Source: Candidatus Enterousia sp.
Lineage (GTDB): Bacteria > Pseudomonadota > Alphaproteobacteria > Rs-D84
Length of the DNA stretch: 64,000 nt
Reading direction: 5' to 3'
NCBI GenBank assembly: GCA_045648925.1
Contig: JAZROY010000003.1
Location: forward strand, 57,082-121,081
Below the pieces are notes generated by a model that was given only the letters and a program-made list of their open reading frames with translations, did no database searches and was not told where the DNA came from. Position numbers and translations under genes: made by a program. Below are positions 28,616 to 41,226 of the stretch, piece after piece; position 1 is the stretch's first letter, and every line of letters starts with the position of its first letter.

Positions 28616-31117
28616 ATGAAAATACAAGGAAAGAGAATCATGGCATCAAAAAATTCATCAAGAAATAAAATCGTATGGTTTTTAGTATTCATTGTATCAA
28701 TATTGGCTTTGGCTGTTATTATAATTCCGCCAATGGTCAATCTTAATTTTCTTAAACCAAAGATAGAAAATATGATTTTATCTAAAACCGGTATTCCTGC
28801 TAAAATTCATGGAAACATTAATTTTACTTTGCTTGGCGGAACAACAATTGTTGCACATAATATAACCGTGCCAAATGGAACTGTGGCATCTTGCAAATTC
28901 ACGATACCATTTCTTGATATATTCAATTTGAAAAACACTAATATGTCCAAAGATATTTCTATTTCTGGGGCTTCGTTATTTATTGAAAAAATTACCCCAT
29001 TTGAAATCAATGACACAATAACTGTTCATAATTCAAATATACAATTTCTTAACAAAGAATATACTATAATTGACGCGAGATTATCTAAAAACGATGTTGA
29101 TGCTATTGTTCGCACAGACCAACATAAATACGAAATAAAATCACGCAACAACAAATTTGTAATAAAAAACAGAAATAATAATCTGAATATGTCTGGCAGA
29201 TTATTTAACAACGGCACAGCCACGGCACATATTGAGATTATTGCCCAAGATATAAATAGTTGGTTTGAATTTGAAACACCGCGTATAACCAGTCATTTCC
29301 CAATCAGTGCAGATTTATTTTGGGATGGTAAATACGGTGTAAAATTCAAAAACATATCCGCAAATGGAATAACCGGATCTGTTGATTTACAAGAAGATGG
29401 TCACAGAATAGTAAATTTAAAATCTGATTCTGCGAATTACGATTTAACTTTCTTTTTACAAACCCCCGATGTTTTACACAACACATCTTTTGATTTAGAT
29501 TTTTATGGCAATATTAAATTTGCAGACAATAATTTCAAACATATAAAAATTGTCACAGTTGGTTCAGAAAACGAAATCAAAGTTGACACAATTATCGCAG
29601 ACGATTTACAAATACACGGCGGAACAGTTGATAAAGATGGTGGACATAATTTACATGTATCTGTTCCTGAATTCGGCGCATTAAGTACATGTCTTTTCAA
29701 CGGTTCGCCTGTTGCATGGACATGTGATAATTTTTCATATGGTGGCATAGTTTCCGGAACATTAAAAGTTGACACAAAACATTTCGAAGCAGATCTTTAT
29801 TCGCCAGAACCATTTAAAAATTTCAATACTGTTATTGGCATGGCAAAATTACTTGGGACTAATGGCTATGTGAAATTTGACACACCTGATATGAAAGGTA
29901 CTATGACTTTGACAGACAATCAACCTTCGGTATCTTATACAAGATTAAACAACAAATCTCTGGATTGGGCAAAAATAGATTTGCCTTTGATTCCAGAATT
30001 TATGCGCAAAGAAAAAGGTGATTTTGTTTGGACAAAAGATTCTATGATGTTCATCCCAGAATCTAAACAATGGCAATTATCCACATCCAAAGATTTCTTT
30101 ATTATTCGCGGGAATAATTTTAAAAAATTATTTTCAAATGTTGATTTACAATCTTTGCGTGATTTATATTATACCATATCTGGCAATTATAAAAATGGAA
30201 ATGTATCAAATTTAATATTTGAAATTGGTCGTCAAAAATTTACTGGTTCTGCAACCAATAAATCGATAACACTGAAAACAGAAGTTTTAGATATTGATTA
30301 TTTACTTGACCCGTATTTTATGGACAATTTTGAAGAAATGTCTTTCTTTGCACAATCACCGATTTTGATTCCTTTTGATTTAACTGCAAATTTTGCAATC
30401 TCGGCAAACAGCATAATTTACAATCACAAAGAATATAATAATTTCATATATTCATTACACGATGATACACAAACTTTTTCTATCAGCGATTCAAAACACG
30501 GGAACATTCTGACAAAAATAAAAAGACACAACACAAAATATGCTGTGAATATCCAATTAAATAAATTTGTTTTTGATAAAAAATTATTACCAACAAATAT
30601 GCCACTTAATCTTTCAGACACAATTATTACCGCAGATATAAAATTAAATACATCTGGGAAAATCGCTCACGATATTATTGATAATTTAAACGGTACATTT
30701 GATATGTCTTTTGATGGCGGTAAATTATATGGATTTGGATTTGATGATTTTTATGCTTCGGCAAAACAACTTACATTATTAAACAGCGAATACTTTTTAT
30801 CAAATGCGTTAAACGAAGGTATAACACAAATCAAGAAAATGCATATAATTGGAACTTATGAAAGTGGCGACATAAAAACATTACGACCATTTGAATTATC
30901 AATGCGCCATGTTGATGCATCTGGTATGCTGGAAATAAAAAATAATGAAATGAATGCTGATATAAATCTTGTTTTGCGTGGAACATCTGCCGAGCCAGAA
31001 TCAATAAATATTATCGTTTTCCCAGATAACAACCGTAATTTTTCATTATCAGAAATTATGACACATTTCGATTCTGAATATATGAAGGCATTTGTAGAAT
31101 CACATGATAAATTTTGA
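28616..31117 (+). CDS. AsmA-family outer-membrane assembly protein (tentative)
   Basis: 833 aa; N-terminal TM anchor then a long beta-rich periplasmic region, an architecture like the AsmA/TamB family. Confidence 0.45.
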   Translation: MKIQGKRIMASKNSSRNKIVWFLVFIVSILALAVIIIPPMVNLNFLKPKIENMILSKTGIPAKIHGNINFTLLGGTTIVAHNITVPNGTVASCKFTIPFLDIFNLKNTNMSKDISISGASLFIEKITPFEINDTITVHNSNIQFLNKEYTIIDARLSKNDVDAIVRTDQHKYEIKSRNNKFVIKNRNNNLNMSGRLFNNGTATAHIEIIAQDINSWFEFETPRITSHFPISADLFWDGKYGVKFKNISANGITGSVDLQEDGHRIVNLKSDSANYDLTFFLQTPDVLHNTSFDLDFYGNIKFADNNFKHIKIVTVGSENEIKVDTIIADDLQIHGGTVDKDGGHNLHVSVPEFGALSTCLFNGSPVAWTCDNFSYGGIVSGTLKVDTKHFEADLYSPEPFKNFNTVIGMAKLLGTNGYVKFDTPDMKGTMTLTDNQPSVSYTRLNNKSLDWAKIDLPLIPEFMRKEKGDFVWTKDSMMFIPESKQWQLSTSKDFFIIRGNNFKKLFSNVDLQSLRDLYYTISGNYKNGNVSNLIFEIGRQKFTGSATNKSITLKTEVLDIDYLLDPYFMDNFEEMSFFAQSPILIPFDLTANFAISANSIIYNHKEYNNFIYSLHDDTQTFSISDSKHGNILTKIKRHNTKYAVNIQLNKFVFDKKLLPTNMPLNLSDTIITADIKLNTSGKIAHDIIDNLNGTFDMSFDGGKLYGFGFDDFYASAKQLTLLNSEYFLSNALNEGITQIKKMHIIGTYESGDIKTLRPFELSMRHVDASGMLEIKNNEMNADINLVLRGTSAEPESINIIVFPDNNRNFSLSEIMTHFDSEYMKAFVESHDKF

Positions 31118-31152
31118 AAAAAATATCCCGCGATTTGCGGGATATTTTTATA
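31116..31152. terminator. Bidirectional intrinsic terminator between asmA-like and aspS (convergent)
   Basis: A-run, atatcccgc-gattt-gcgggatat hairpin, T5. Confidence 0.7.
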
Positions 31153-31164
31153 TACTTTTTCATA

Positions 31165-32934
31165 TTAATTCTTATTACGAATTTTAATATGAACATCGCG
31201 TAATTGTTGTTCGCTGACTTCGTTTGGTGATCCCATCAGCAAATCTTGACCGCGTTGATTTGCAGGGAAAGCAACAGTTTCACGAACACTATCACCATCG
31301 CCCAAAATCTCTGAAACCAATCTGTCGATACCAAAAGCACATCCACCATGTGGTGGCGCGCCATATTTAAATGCAGTATAAAGCGCATTAAAATTCTTTT
31401 CGACTGCTTCAATTGGGTATCCAGCAATATCAAAACATTTTTTCATAACTTCTGGGTTATAATTACGCAATCCACCGCTACAAATTTCAAGGCCATTAAG
31501 CACCATATCAAATTGCGCCGCCTTAATCGTAAACGGATCTTTTGTATCCAATTCTTCCAATGTTGCCAATGGGTAAGAAAATGGATTATGCGTGAATGCA
31601 GGCGCACCACCACGTTCTTCATCTGGTTCAAAGAACGGGAAATTATCCACCCAACAAAAAGCAAAATCACGCGGATTTACCAGACCTAAATCAGTACCAA
31701 GTTTATTACGCAAACGACCTGCCGCTTTAGATGCAATATCAACATTATCACAAATAAAGAACAACGAAGAATTATCCCCAGCAATTTCACGCAATTTTGC
31801 AATACGCGATGCATCTAATTTTTTTGCAACCGGTCCCTTGGCTTCTTCGGCAAAAACGATATAGCCGAGTCCCCCAAGCCCCAATTCTTTTGTTGCATAT
31901 TCGCCCAATTTATCAAACCAAGAACGTGGTTTGTCTGCACTGTTCGGTGCAGGAATAGCACGAACCACAGCCCCATTTTCAATCGCATTTGCAAAGATTC
32001 CAAAATCAGAGCCACGGAAAATTTCCGTCACATCACTAATTAGAATAGGATTACGCAAATCAGGTTTATCACACCCATATTTCAGCATTGCATCATCAAA
32101 AGATATATGTGGAATTTCTGGATAAACATTTGCATCAGGAGCAAAAGCACGAACTAATTCAGGAATAACTTTTTCGCCAACCTCTTGAATTTCTGGCAAA
32201 TCAACAAAAGACATTTCTAAATCAAGTTGATAAAATTCCAACAATCTGTCCGCACGCAAATCTTCATCACGAAAACAAGGCGCGATCTGAAAATATCTAT
32301 CAAACCCAGAAACTTGCAACAATTGTTTAAACATCTGTGGTGCCTGAGGTAATGCATAAAACTTTCCATGATGCAAACGAGAAGGGACCAAGAAACAACG
32401 CGCACCCTCTGGCGAATCAGCAGTTAATAATGGCGTTTGAAATTCTGAAAAACCCAAATCCCACATTTTATCACGCAACCATTTAATCATTTTATTACGC
32501 ATTAAAATATTGTTATGTAATCTTTCGCGCCGCAAATCCAAGAATCGATATTGATAACGCAATTCTTCGCTTGTATCATCATCACCAAATACTTGGAAAG
32601 GCAGAACTTCTGCATTAGTCAACACTTCCCAATTTTGCGATTGAATTTCGATATGACCAGTTGGAATTTTATCGTTTATCGCATCACTACTACGCGCAAC
32701 AACCTTGCCAGTAATTTTAATAACAGATTCTGGACGAATTTTTTCCAAATTTTCATCCCCCCCATCGAATACACACTGTGTTATTCCATAATTATCACGC
32801 AAATCAACGAACAATAACGAACCATGATCGCGTTTACGATGAACCCAACCAGACAAAGTGACCACTTCGCCGACATTTTTTTCATTCAATTCGCCACAAG
32901 TATGTGTACGATATTTAGATTTCAAAGATAACAT
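31165..32934 (-). CDS. aspS: Aspartate--tRNA ligase
   Basis: Start taken at ATG 32934 (MLSLKSKYRTHTCGEL..., AGGG SD) rather than the upstream TTG; class II aaRS motifs and anticodon-binding OB fold; 589 aa. Confidence 0.9.
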   Translation of the reverse strand: MLSLKSKYRTHTCGELNEKNVGEVVTLSGWVHRKRDHGSLLFVDLRDNYGITQCVFDGGDENLEKIRPESVIKITGKVVARSSDAINDKIPTGHIEIQSQNWEVLTNAEVLPFQVFGDDDTSEELRYQYRFLDLRRERLHNNILMRNKMIKWLRDKMWDLGFSEFQTPLLTADSPEGARCFLVPSRLHHGKFYALPQAPQMFKQLLQVSGFDRYFQIAPCFRDEDLRADRLLEFYQLDLEMSFVDLPEIQEVGEKVIPELVRAFAPDANVYPEIPHISFDDAMLKYGCDKPDLRNPILISDVTEIFRGSDFGIFANAIENGAVVRAIPAPNSADKPRSWFDKLGEYATKELGLGGLGYIVFAEEAKGPVAKKLDASRIAKLREIAGDNSSLFFICDNVDIASKAAGRLRNKLGTDLGLVNPRDFAFCWVDNFPFFEPDEERGGAPAFTHNPFSYPLATLEELDTKDPFTIKAAQFDMVLNGLEICSGGLRNYNPEVMKKCFDIAGYPIEAVEKNFNALYTAFKYGAPPHGGCAFGIDRLVSEILGDGDSVRETVAFPANQRGQDLLMGSPNEVSEQQLRDVHIKIRNKN

Positions 32935-33268
32935 TTTACACCCTTTTACTTTTGTCCTGGTGTCAAATAATTGGATTTGGCACCGATTCAAATCTTAAAT
33001 TTTCAGGGGCGCTTAAGATTTTTTTCGCGCGGTGCCACCCTGATTTTTTACTTTTTGTTTTTATTCAGATATTCCGCGGTTGTCAGTCGCATCACTACAT
33101 CTGATAAAAAACGAACAAACGCAAGATAGATAACGCATTTGTTATGTGCCCGACGGGCGACACAAATGTATCAGATATTGCGGATTGTGAAGTTTTTGTA
33201 ATGGGAGTGTATTAAACATACATGACCAGAAACAAAAACGAACAAACGCAAGATAGATAATGCATTTG

Positions 33269-33342
33269 TGGTGCCCTAAACAAGAATCGGACTTGTGACT
33301 CGTCCTTACCAAGGACGTGTTTTACCACTAGACTATTAGGGC
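33269..33342 (-). tRNA. tRNA-Thr (anticodon GGU)
   Basis: Minus-strand fold: acceptor gccctaa/ttagggc, anticodon stem cgtcc/ggacg with loop ttggtaa, T arm acaag-tccgatt-cttgt, CCA encoded; the D stem has one mismatch. Confidence 0.75.
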
Positions 33343-33381
33343 AATCGCTCATTATTGTACCTACACATACGGAAAAATCAA

Positions 33382-34251
33382 CTAAAAATTAGATATCGCG
33401 CATTTAATTTTTTTAGTCAATTTTACACCACCAAATTCATTACAATGATCCGGGCTATCAAAATCAGAATCTTTAAAATCTTTATCTCGTTGGAAATTCA
33501 GCAATTTAACATCTTTATGTTTGTTTAAAAAATCGAATAACTCTCGATAAACAACACTTTCATCTGGTAAACATTTTAAATAGTCAGATCGATATGGAGG
33601 CAATACAACATAAACATTATGTTTTACGCGTTTGGCTTTATTTACAATTTTTTCCAGATATTGTATCTGGTTATTATTACGCATAGTATTCTTAAGATGT
33701 TTTCCGACCAAAACACTTGTAGGTTCATTAAAATGTGTCAAGTTATAAGTCGCCTTGCCCCTAAAACCATCTGGACAAACAGTGCTTTTCTTTTGTTTTT
33801 TTAATATCTCCATACCTTCTTTGTCATCTATTGGTAATTTAGATGCATAAGTTATATTATATAATCCCTTATAGGGGATACATCGAACAAACTCGCGCGT
33901 TTTTTCTAATTGAAGCCCGGCATGAAACACAGACCAAAATAAAATCACATTTTTAAGTTTTTTGCCGTTATGCTTTGCCACATATTCATACAGCTTCCAA
34001 CCTCTATATAAATCTTGTGAAGAATTAGCCAGATTGAAATCAAATTTTGTTGGGATAAAACCATCCCTACCATGAGAAGAGCCAAGCACTAAATTTTTTA
34101 AATCATGACACTTGCCCAGCGCAATAAATTTCATAATATCATAACTGAAATCTGGTAGAGCCACCGGCTTGTAATAAGACCAAATTTTAATCCCACAAAA
34201 ATAGATATTTCTGGTCCCATTAAGCAAGCATATTTTTTTGAAAATCTTCAT
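33382..34251 (-). CDS. Hypothetical protein (accessory gene between two tRNA genes)
   Basis: 289 aa; no confident family; lies between tRNA-Thr and the tRNA-Met repeat array. Confidence 0.4.
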   Translation of the reverse strand: MKIFKKICLLNGTRNIYFCGIKIWSYYKPVALPDFSYDIMKFIALGKCHDLKNLVLGSSHGRDGFIPTKFDFNLANSSQDLYRGWKLYEYVAKHNGKKLKNVILFWSVFHAGLQLEKTREFVRCIPYKGLYNITYASKLPIDDKEGMEILKKQKKSTVCPDGFRGKATYNLTHFNEPTSVLVGKHLKNTMRNNNQIQYLEKIVNKAKRVKHNVYVVLPPYRSDYLKCLPDESVVYRELFDFLNKHKDVKLLNFQRDKDFKDSDFDSPDHCNEFGGVKLTKKIKCAISNF

Positions 34252-34353
34252 AAAACTGCCTTTTTTGCTAAACTATTTTATCAATAAAGGATTCGAAATC
34301 AAACAAAATAAAAACATTGCAAAGTCAAAAAACTCTGATATAATGCGTTTCAC

Positions 34354-34428
34354 TGGCGGCGTAGCTCAGTGGTAGAGCAGAGGAATCATAATCCTTTGGT
34401 CAGGGGTCCGAATCCCTTCGCCGCTACC
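34354..34428 (+). tRNA. tRNA-Met (anticodon CAU), elongator type (could alternatively be tRNA-Ile2 read with lysidine)
   Basis: Acceptor ggcggcg/cgccgct (G1-U72), D arm gctc-agtggta-gagc, anticodon loop atCATaa, T arm, CCA encoded; lacks the initiator hallmarks. Confidence 0.8.
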
Positions 34429-34759
34429 AAAATAACAAACGACCTTTGTGGTCGTTTTTTATTTTGATATCTGGGATTTGGACACCGGCACAGGGGTCCG
34501 ACCCGCAGCAAAAAGGCGGAATAACGCCGGTTTGCCGTCAGGCAAATTTTGCAAGGGAGTGAAGCGCAGCGAAACAATCCCTTCGCCGCTACCAAAATAA
34601 TAAATGACCCTTGTGGTCATTTTTTATTTTGATATCTGGGATTTGGACACCGGCACAGGGGTCCGACCCGTAGCAAAAAGGCGGAATAACGCCGGTTTGC
34701 CGTCAGGCAAATTTTGCAAGGGAGTGAAGCGCAGCGAAACAATCCCTTCGCCGCTACCA
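34429..34759 (+). repeat. Two tandem ~166-bp units (34429-34594, 34595-34759), each = terminator hairpin + GC-richer structured body + exact copy of the last ~20 nt of tRNA-Met
   Basis: The units are >90% identical; each ends ...gcagcgaaacaatcccttcgccgctacca, reproducing the tRNA T-arm/acceptor 3' end. Internal hairpins gggtc-c-gaccc, ggcg-gaataa-cgcc, tttgcc-gtcag-gcaaa. Confidence 0.85.
34436..34462 (+). terminator. Intrinsic terminator immediately after tRNA-Met; a second copy sits inside repeat unit 2
   Basis: acgacc-tttgt-ggtcgt + T6. Confidence 0.6.
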
Positions 34760-34808
34760 CGAATATTTCAATTTGTCTTATTTCTTATTTTGTGATAAAA
34801 TATAGTTC

Positions 34809-35384
34809 ATGAAAAAAATACTATTATTGCTAAGCATTTTTGTTTTACCGTTACCAGTCATGGCTGACCCGTGTATTTTACCGGAAAATAATCCTTTTAT
34901 GGGAACATATCAGCAACAGGTTGCCTTTGGTATTGGTCAAGGTTTTGATACTGGTATTTTATTACCACCACCGGTGCGCCCTGTTCCTTTTTACATCGCA
35001 ACTTTTCAATATTCCCAACCAACGACCTTTTTCCGTGTTCCAGCGCGTCGTTCTTTGAATATATCTGAAACACTTGGTTTTTATCGCAAATACGGCTGGG
35101 AATGGCAAGATTATACGATTCCCATGATTTATTTTACCGAAGATATTGCACTTTTTAGATACGACAGCATTTATGCAGGTCTTGGTGCAGGTGCTGGATT
35201 ACAGGCAAAGCAAAACAAGCGCATTGGTTCTAAATTAATTTTTGAATTTAAATTAACTTTTGGTTATAACTTTAATGAACAGTGGGCAATGGAATTCTTT
35301 ATTCAACATTTTTCCAATGCCAACACCGCGGACGAAAATAATTCTTATGCATTTTATGGTCTTGGGTTTACATATAATTATTAA
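34809..35384 (+). CDS. PagL-like outer-membrane lipid A deacylase / acyloxyacyl hydrolase family beta-barrel (tentative)
   Basis: 191 aa; signal peptide; C-terminal aromatic OMP terminus ...GLGFTYNY; QHFSNAN resembles the PagL H-x-S-N active-site motif. Confidence 0.45.
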   Translation: MKKILLLLSIFVLPLPVMADPCILPENNPFMGTYQQQVAFGIGQGFDTGILLPPPVRPVPFYIATFQYSQPTTFFRVPARRSLNISETLGFYRKYGWEWQDYTIPMIYFTEDIALFRYDSIYAGLGAGAGLQAKQNKRIGSKLIFEFKLTFGYNFNEQWAMEFFIQHFSNANTADENNSYAFYGLGFTYNY

Positions 35385-35387
35385 AAA

Positions 35388-36053
35388 TTACCAATTAATC
35401 GGTATTTCGCCATTAGCAATCAAATATTCATTAGCGCGTGAAAAATGATGATTACCAAAGAAACCACGATATGCAGAAAGTGGTGATGGATGCGCACTTT
35501 TTAAAATTAGATTTTCTTGTTCATTAACAAACTCTGCTTTCTTTTGCGCGAACGATCCCCACAACATATAAACCACATGTTTTCTGGTTTGTGCAACAAT
35601 ACGAATAACAGAATCTGTAAATGTTTCCCAACCCATTCCACCATGGGAAGCAGCAATATGCGCCCGAACAGTCAATGTCGCATTAAGCAATAAAACACCC
35701 TGACGCGCCCAAGATGTTAAATCACCATTTGTGATACTTTTATGTCCAATATCAGATTCTATTTCTTTATAAATATTTATCAGTGACGGTGGAAATTCTG
35801 TCCCGCTTTCCACAGAAAAACAAAGCCCATGTGCTTGATGCGGTTCATGATACGGGTCTTGACCAATAATCACAACTTTGACTTTATCCAGCGGACATAA
35901 ATTGAACGCATTAAAAATATTTTTTGCCTCTGGATAAATTGTTTTTCCAGACAGATATTCGTTTCGCACAAAATCAGTCAATTTTTTAAAATAATCTTTT
36001 TCAAATTCCGCGTTCAATGCATCTTTCCAAGATTGTTCAATTTTTACATCCAT
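35388..36053 (-). CDS. ung: Uracil-DNA glycosylase (family 1)
   Basis: IIGQDPYHEPHQAHGLCFSV water-activating loop, HPSPLS; 221 aa. Confidence 0.9.
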   Translation of the reverse strand: MDVKIEQSWKDALNAEFEKDYFKKLTDFVRNEYLSGKTIYPEAKNIFNAFNLCPLDKVKVVIIGQDPYHEPHQAHGLCFSVESGTEFPPSLINIYKEIESDIGHKSITNGDLTSWARQGVLLLNATLTVRAHIAASHGGMGWETFTDSVIRIVAQTRKHVVYMLWGSFAQKKAEFVNEQENLILKSAHPSPLSAYRGFFGNHHFSRANEYLIANGEIPINW

Positions 36054-36088
36054 TTTTCAATTCCTTTAACATATTTTACTAAATTGAT

Positions 36089-36817
36089 TTATATATGACA
36101 AGAACGCAGTGTAAAACAAGGGAGTGTATTGGACATACATGACTGCGATTTACACAAGTTATTATCCATAGAAATCAATTTATTTTGGCAAGCTTTCCAT
36201 AAAACAACATCAATATAACCAATCGGTAAATTTGTTTCTTGATGTAAATGTTCAAACATATCATCACAACATTTTTTAATATCTGTGTCTAATTTTCCAT
36301 TATCTATTTTTTGCGCTATACGGCTATTTCCGCCGTAAAGAACGCCCAAGCGCTGAATCCAAATATCATATTTAACAACATTTTCACCCAAATTTCGCGC
36401 CAGATGATTTGCAGTTATTTTTCCAATATGTGGTAATTTTTGAAGATATAATAATTTTTCATCCAAAGATTTGCATGAATAAAAACCATCACGAAAATTT
36501 TGTCTGTTGTTCCAAATTTTACAAATTGCATTTATTTTATTTTTATTATTAAAGATTTTTAATAAATCGTCTATTGCTGGGTTTTCTGGCATTTTTTCCA
36601 TAATTATGCTATGAATTTTTTTTGCTGTTTTTTGTGAAAAGCCCCCCGCCAAAATAACATAAATAACAGCAGACGCAAATTCATCTGGTGTTAGTTTTTT
36701 CGGTTGCGCAAGATTTTTCTTTATTTCATCAAATGACTTATCATCACTATCCAAACCCAATTTTCGCAACTGCGATTCCAAATCAAAAAACCAATATGCA
36801 GAAAATATCTTATCCAT
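36089..36817 (-). CDS. HhH-GPD superfamily DNA glycosylase (MagIII/3-methyladenine glycosylase-like), with unusual Cys-rich C-terminal tail
   Basis: 242 aa; helix-hairpin-helix LPHIGKITANHLARNLG followed by a conserved Asp region; the last ~20 codons overlap a short repeat also found at 33203. Confidence 0.4.
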   Translation of the reverse strand: MDKIFSAYWFFDLESQLRKLGLDSDDKSFDEIKKNLAQPKKLTPDEFASAVIYVILAGGFSQKTAKKIHSIIMEKMPENPAIDDLLKIFNNKNKINAICKIWNNRQNFRDGFYSCKSLDEKLLYLQKLPHIGKITANHLARNLGENVVKYDIWIQRLGVLYGGNSRIAQKIDNGKLDTDIKKCCDDMFEHLHQETNLPIGYIDVVLWKACQNKLISMDNNLCKSQSCMSNTLPCFTLRSCHI

Positions 36818-37133
36818 TTCTTTTTTTAAAATTTGTTATCGCGGCATAAAAAACAGAATTATCATTTGATTTATCAGATGAAATCATCTCATTTTTTATT
36901 TTTTCACGTGCCTCATCCAATGCCTTATTTGATTCATCTATGTTTAACTGTTTTTTCAATTCATTATATCGCGCAATTTTTATTGGGTCCCTTGTTGGGT
37001 TATGGTGATTATTCAAAACTTCGTATTCCAGTTTGGAAAATTCTTTCCACAAAGGGTCAGAATCAAGCACTTTTCTGGTGGTTCCATTTTTAAAAACAAC
37101 TTCGCCAGATTCATTTATTTTATAATCAGCCAT
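36810..37133 (-). CDS. Hypothetical protein
   Basis: 107 aa; charged, no recognisable domain. Confidence 0.3.
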   Translation of the reverse strand: MADYKINESGEVVFKNGTTRKVLDSDPLWKEFSKLEYEVLNNHHNPTRDPIKIARYNELKKQLNIDESNKALDEAREKIKNEMISSDKSNDNSVFYAAITNFKKRNG

Positions 37134-37157
37134 AACTCCCCCTTTGGTTTTGGTTAA

Positions 37158-39557
<2,400 letters not shown>

Positions 39558-39651
39558 TTAAAAATCCTTTCTTTTTGCTGTTCAAACCATAGCAATTTAT
39601 GGTATAATTATCAAGAGAAAATAAGAAAAAAACACAAAAAAAGGATATATA

Positions 39652-40221
39652 ATGAAATTCAAATTATTGTATTACGGAGACATACTAACAAACCCGAAAA
39701 AGCGGGCACAACATATTGCCGATATCCGCATGCAATTCCACCCACAATTAAAAAAATTGATGGAATTTAAGCCATGGGACAATCTTGGCAAATTTATGAT
39801 GCCGAACGCTAAAAAAAGCCCAATTATAACCCGTCACATTGGTGGCATAGATTGGAATCCAATTATTACACCAAATTTAAAGATGATTGCAGAATTGGAT
39901 ATTTTGTTAATGCATCCAGAAATTGTTGGTGTTCCGCGTTCAGACATTGATAATCGCGTTAAAACGATTCTTGACGGACTTCGTTGCCCACAGAACGAAC
40001 ACGAAATTGGACAAAATACACCGCGTGACATTGGACCAATTTATACATTATTGGACGATGACCATTTGGTAACCAAGTTAACAGTTAACACCAGCCATTT
40101 ATTATCGCCAAACGCATTTGTTGGACGCGGACATAAATCACCAGATGCAGTATTTATGCTGATTGATGTAAATGTCCGTGTAACCGAAGGGACTTTGGAA
40201 AATTTACCATTTATGGTATAA
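39652..40221 (+). CDS. Hypothetical protein
   Basis: 189 aa; good RBS (AAAGGA); no recognisable family; followed by a strong terminator. Confidence 0.35.
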   Translation: MKFKLLYYGDILTNPKKRAQHIADIRMQFHPQLKKLMEFKPWDNLGKFMMPNAKKSPIITRHIGGIDWNPIITPNLKMIAELDILLMHPEIVGVPRSDIDNRVKTILDGLRCPQNEHEIGQNTPRDIGPIYTLLDDDHLVTKLTVNTSHLLSPNAFVGRGHKSPDAVFMLIDVNVRVTEGTLENLPFMV

Positions 40222-40231
40222 ACAAAAAAAT

Positions 40232-40260
40232 GTAAAAACACCGCAACCGCGGTGTTTTTC
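40232..40260. terminator. Bidirectional intrinsic terminator between convergent genes
   Basis: A5-acaccgc-aacc-gcggtgt-TTTTC. Confidence 0.7.
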
Positions 40261-40277
40261 AATTCTTGTTTATTGTA

Positions 40278-41162
<885 letters not shown>

Positions 41163-41226
41163 ATTTTCTCCTTTCTCTATGCCAGCATTATATCATTTTT
41201 TCAGCATGAAAAAAAGTGTTTTTTGT

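Noticed and set aside
34429-34759. Possible CRISPR array (regularly spaced direct repeats near tRNA)
   Set aside because: The units are ~166 bp, contiguous, with no unique spacers between them, and each ends in a tRNA 3' segment. The same applies to 49853-50385. No cas genes are present in the window.
34386-34795. ORFs 34386-34595 (-) and 34604-34795 (+) in the ORF track
   Set aside because: They lie entirely within tRNA-Met and its tandem 166-bp repeat units. The reading frames are a by-product of the GC-richer repeat, and identical 'proteins' would be produced by each unit.
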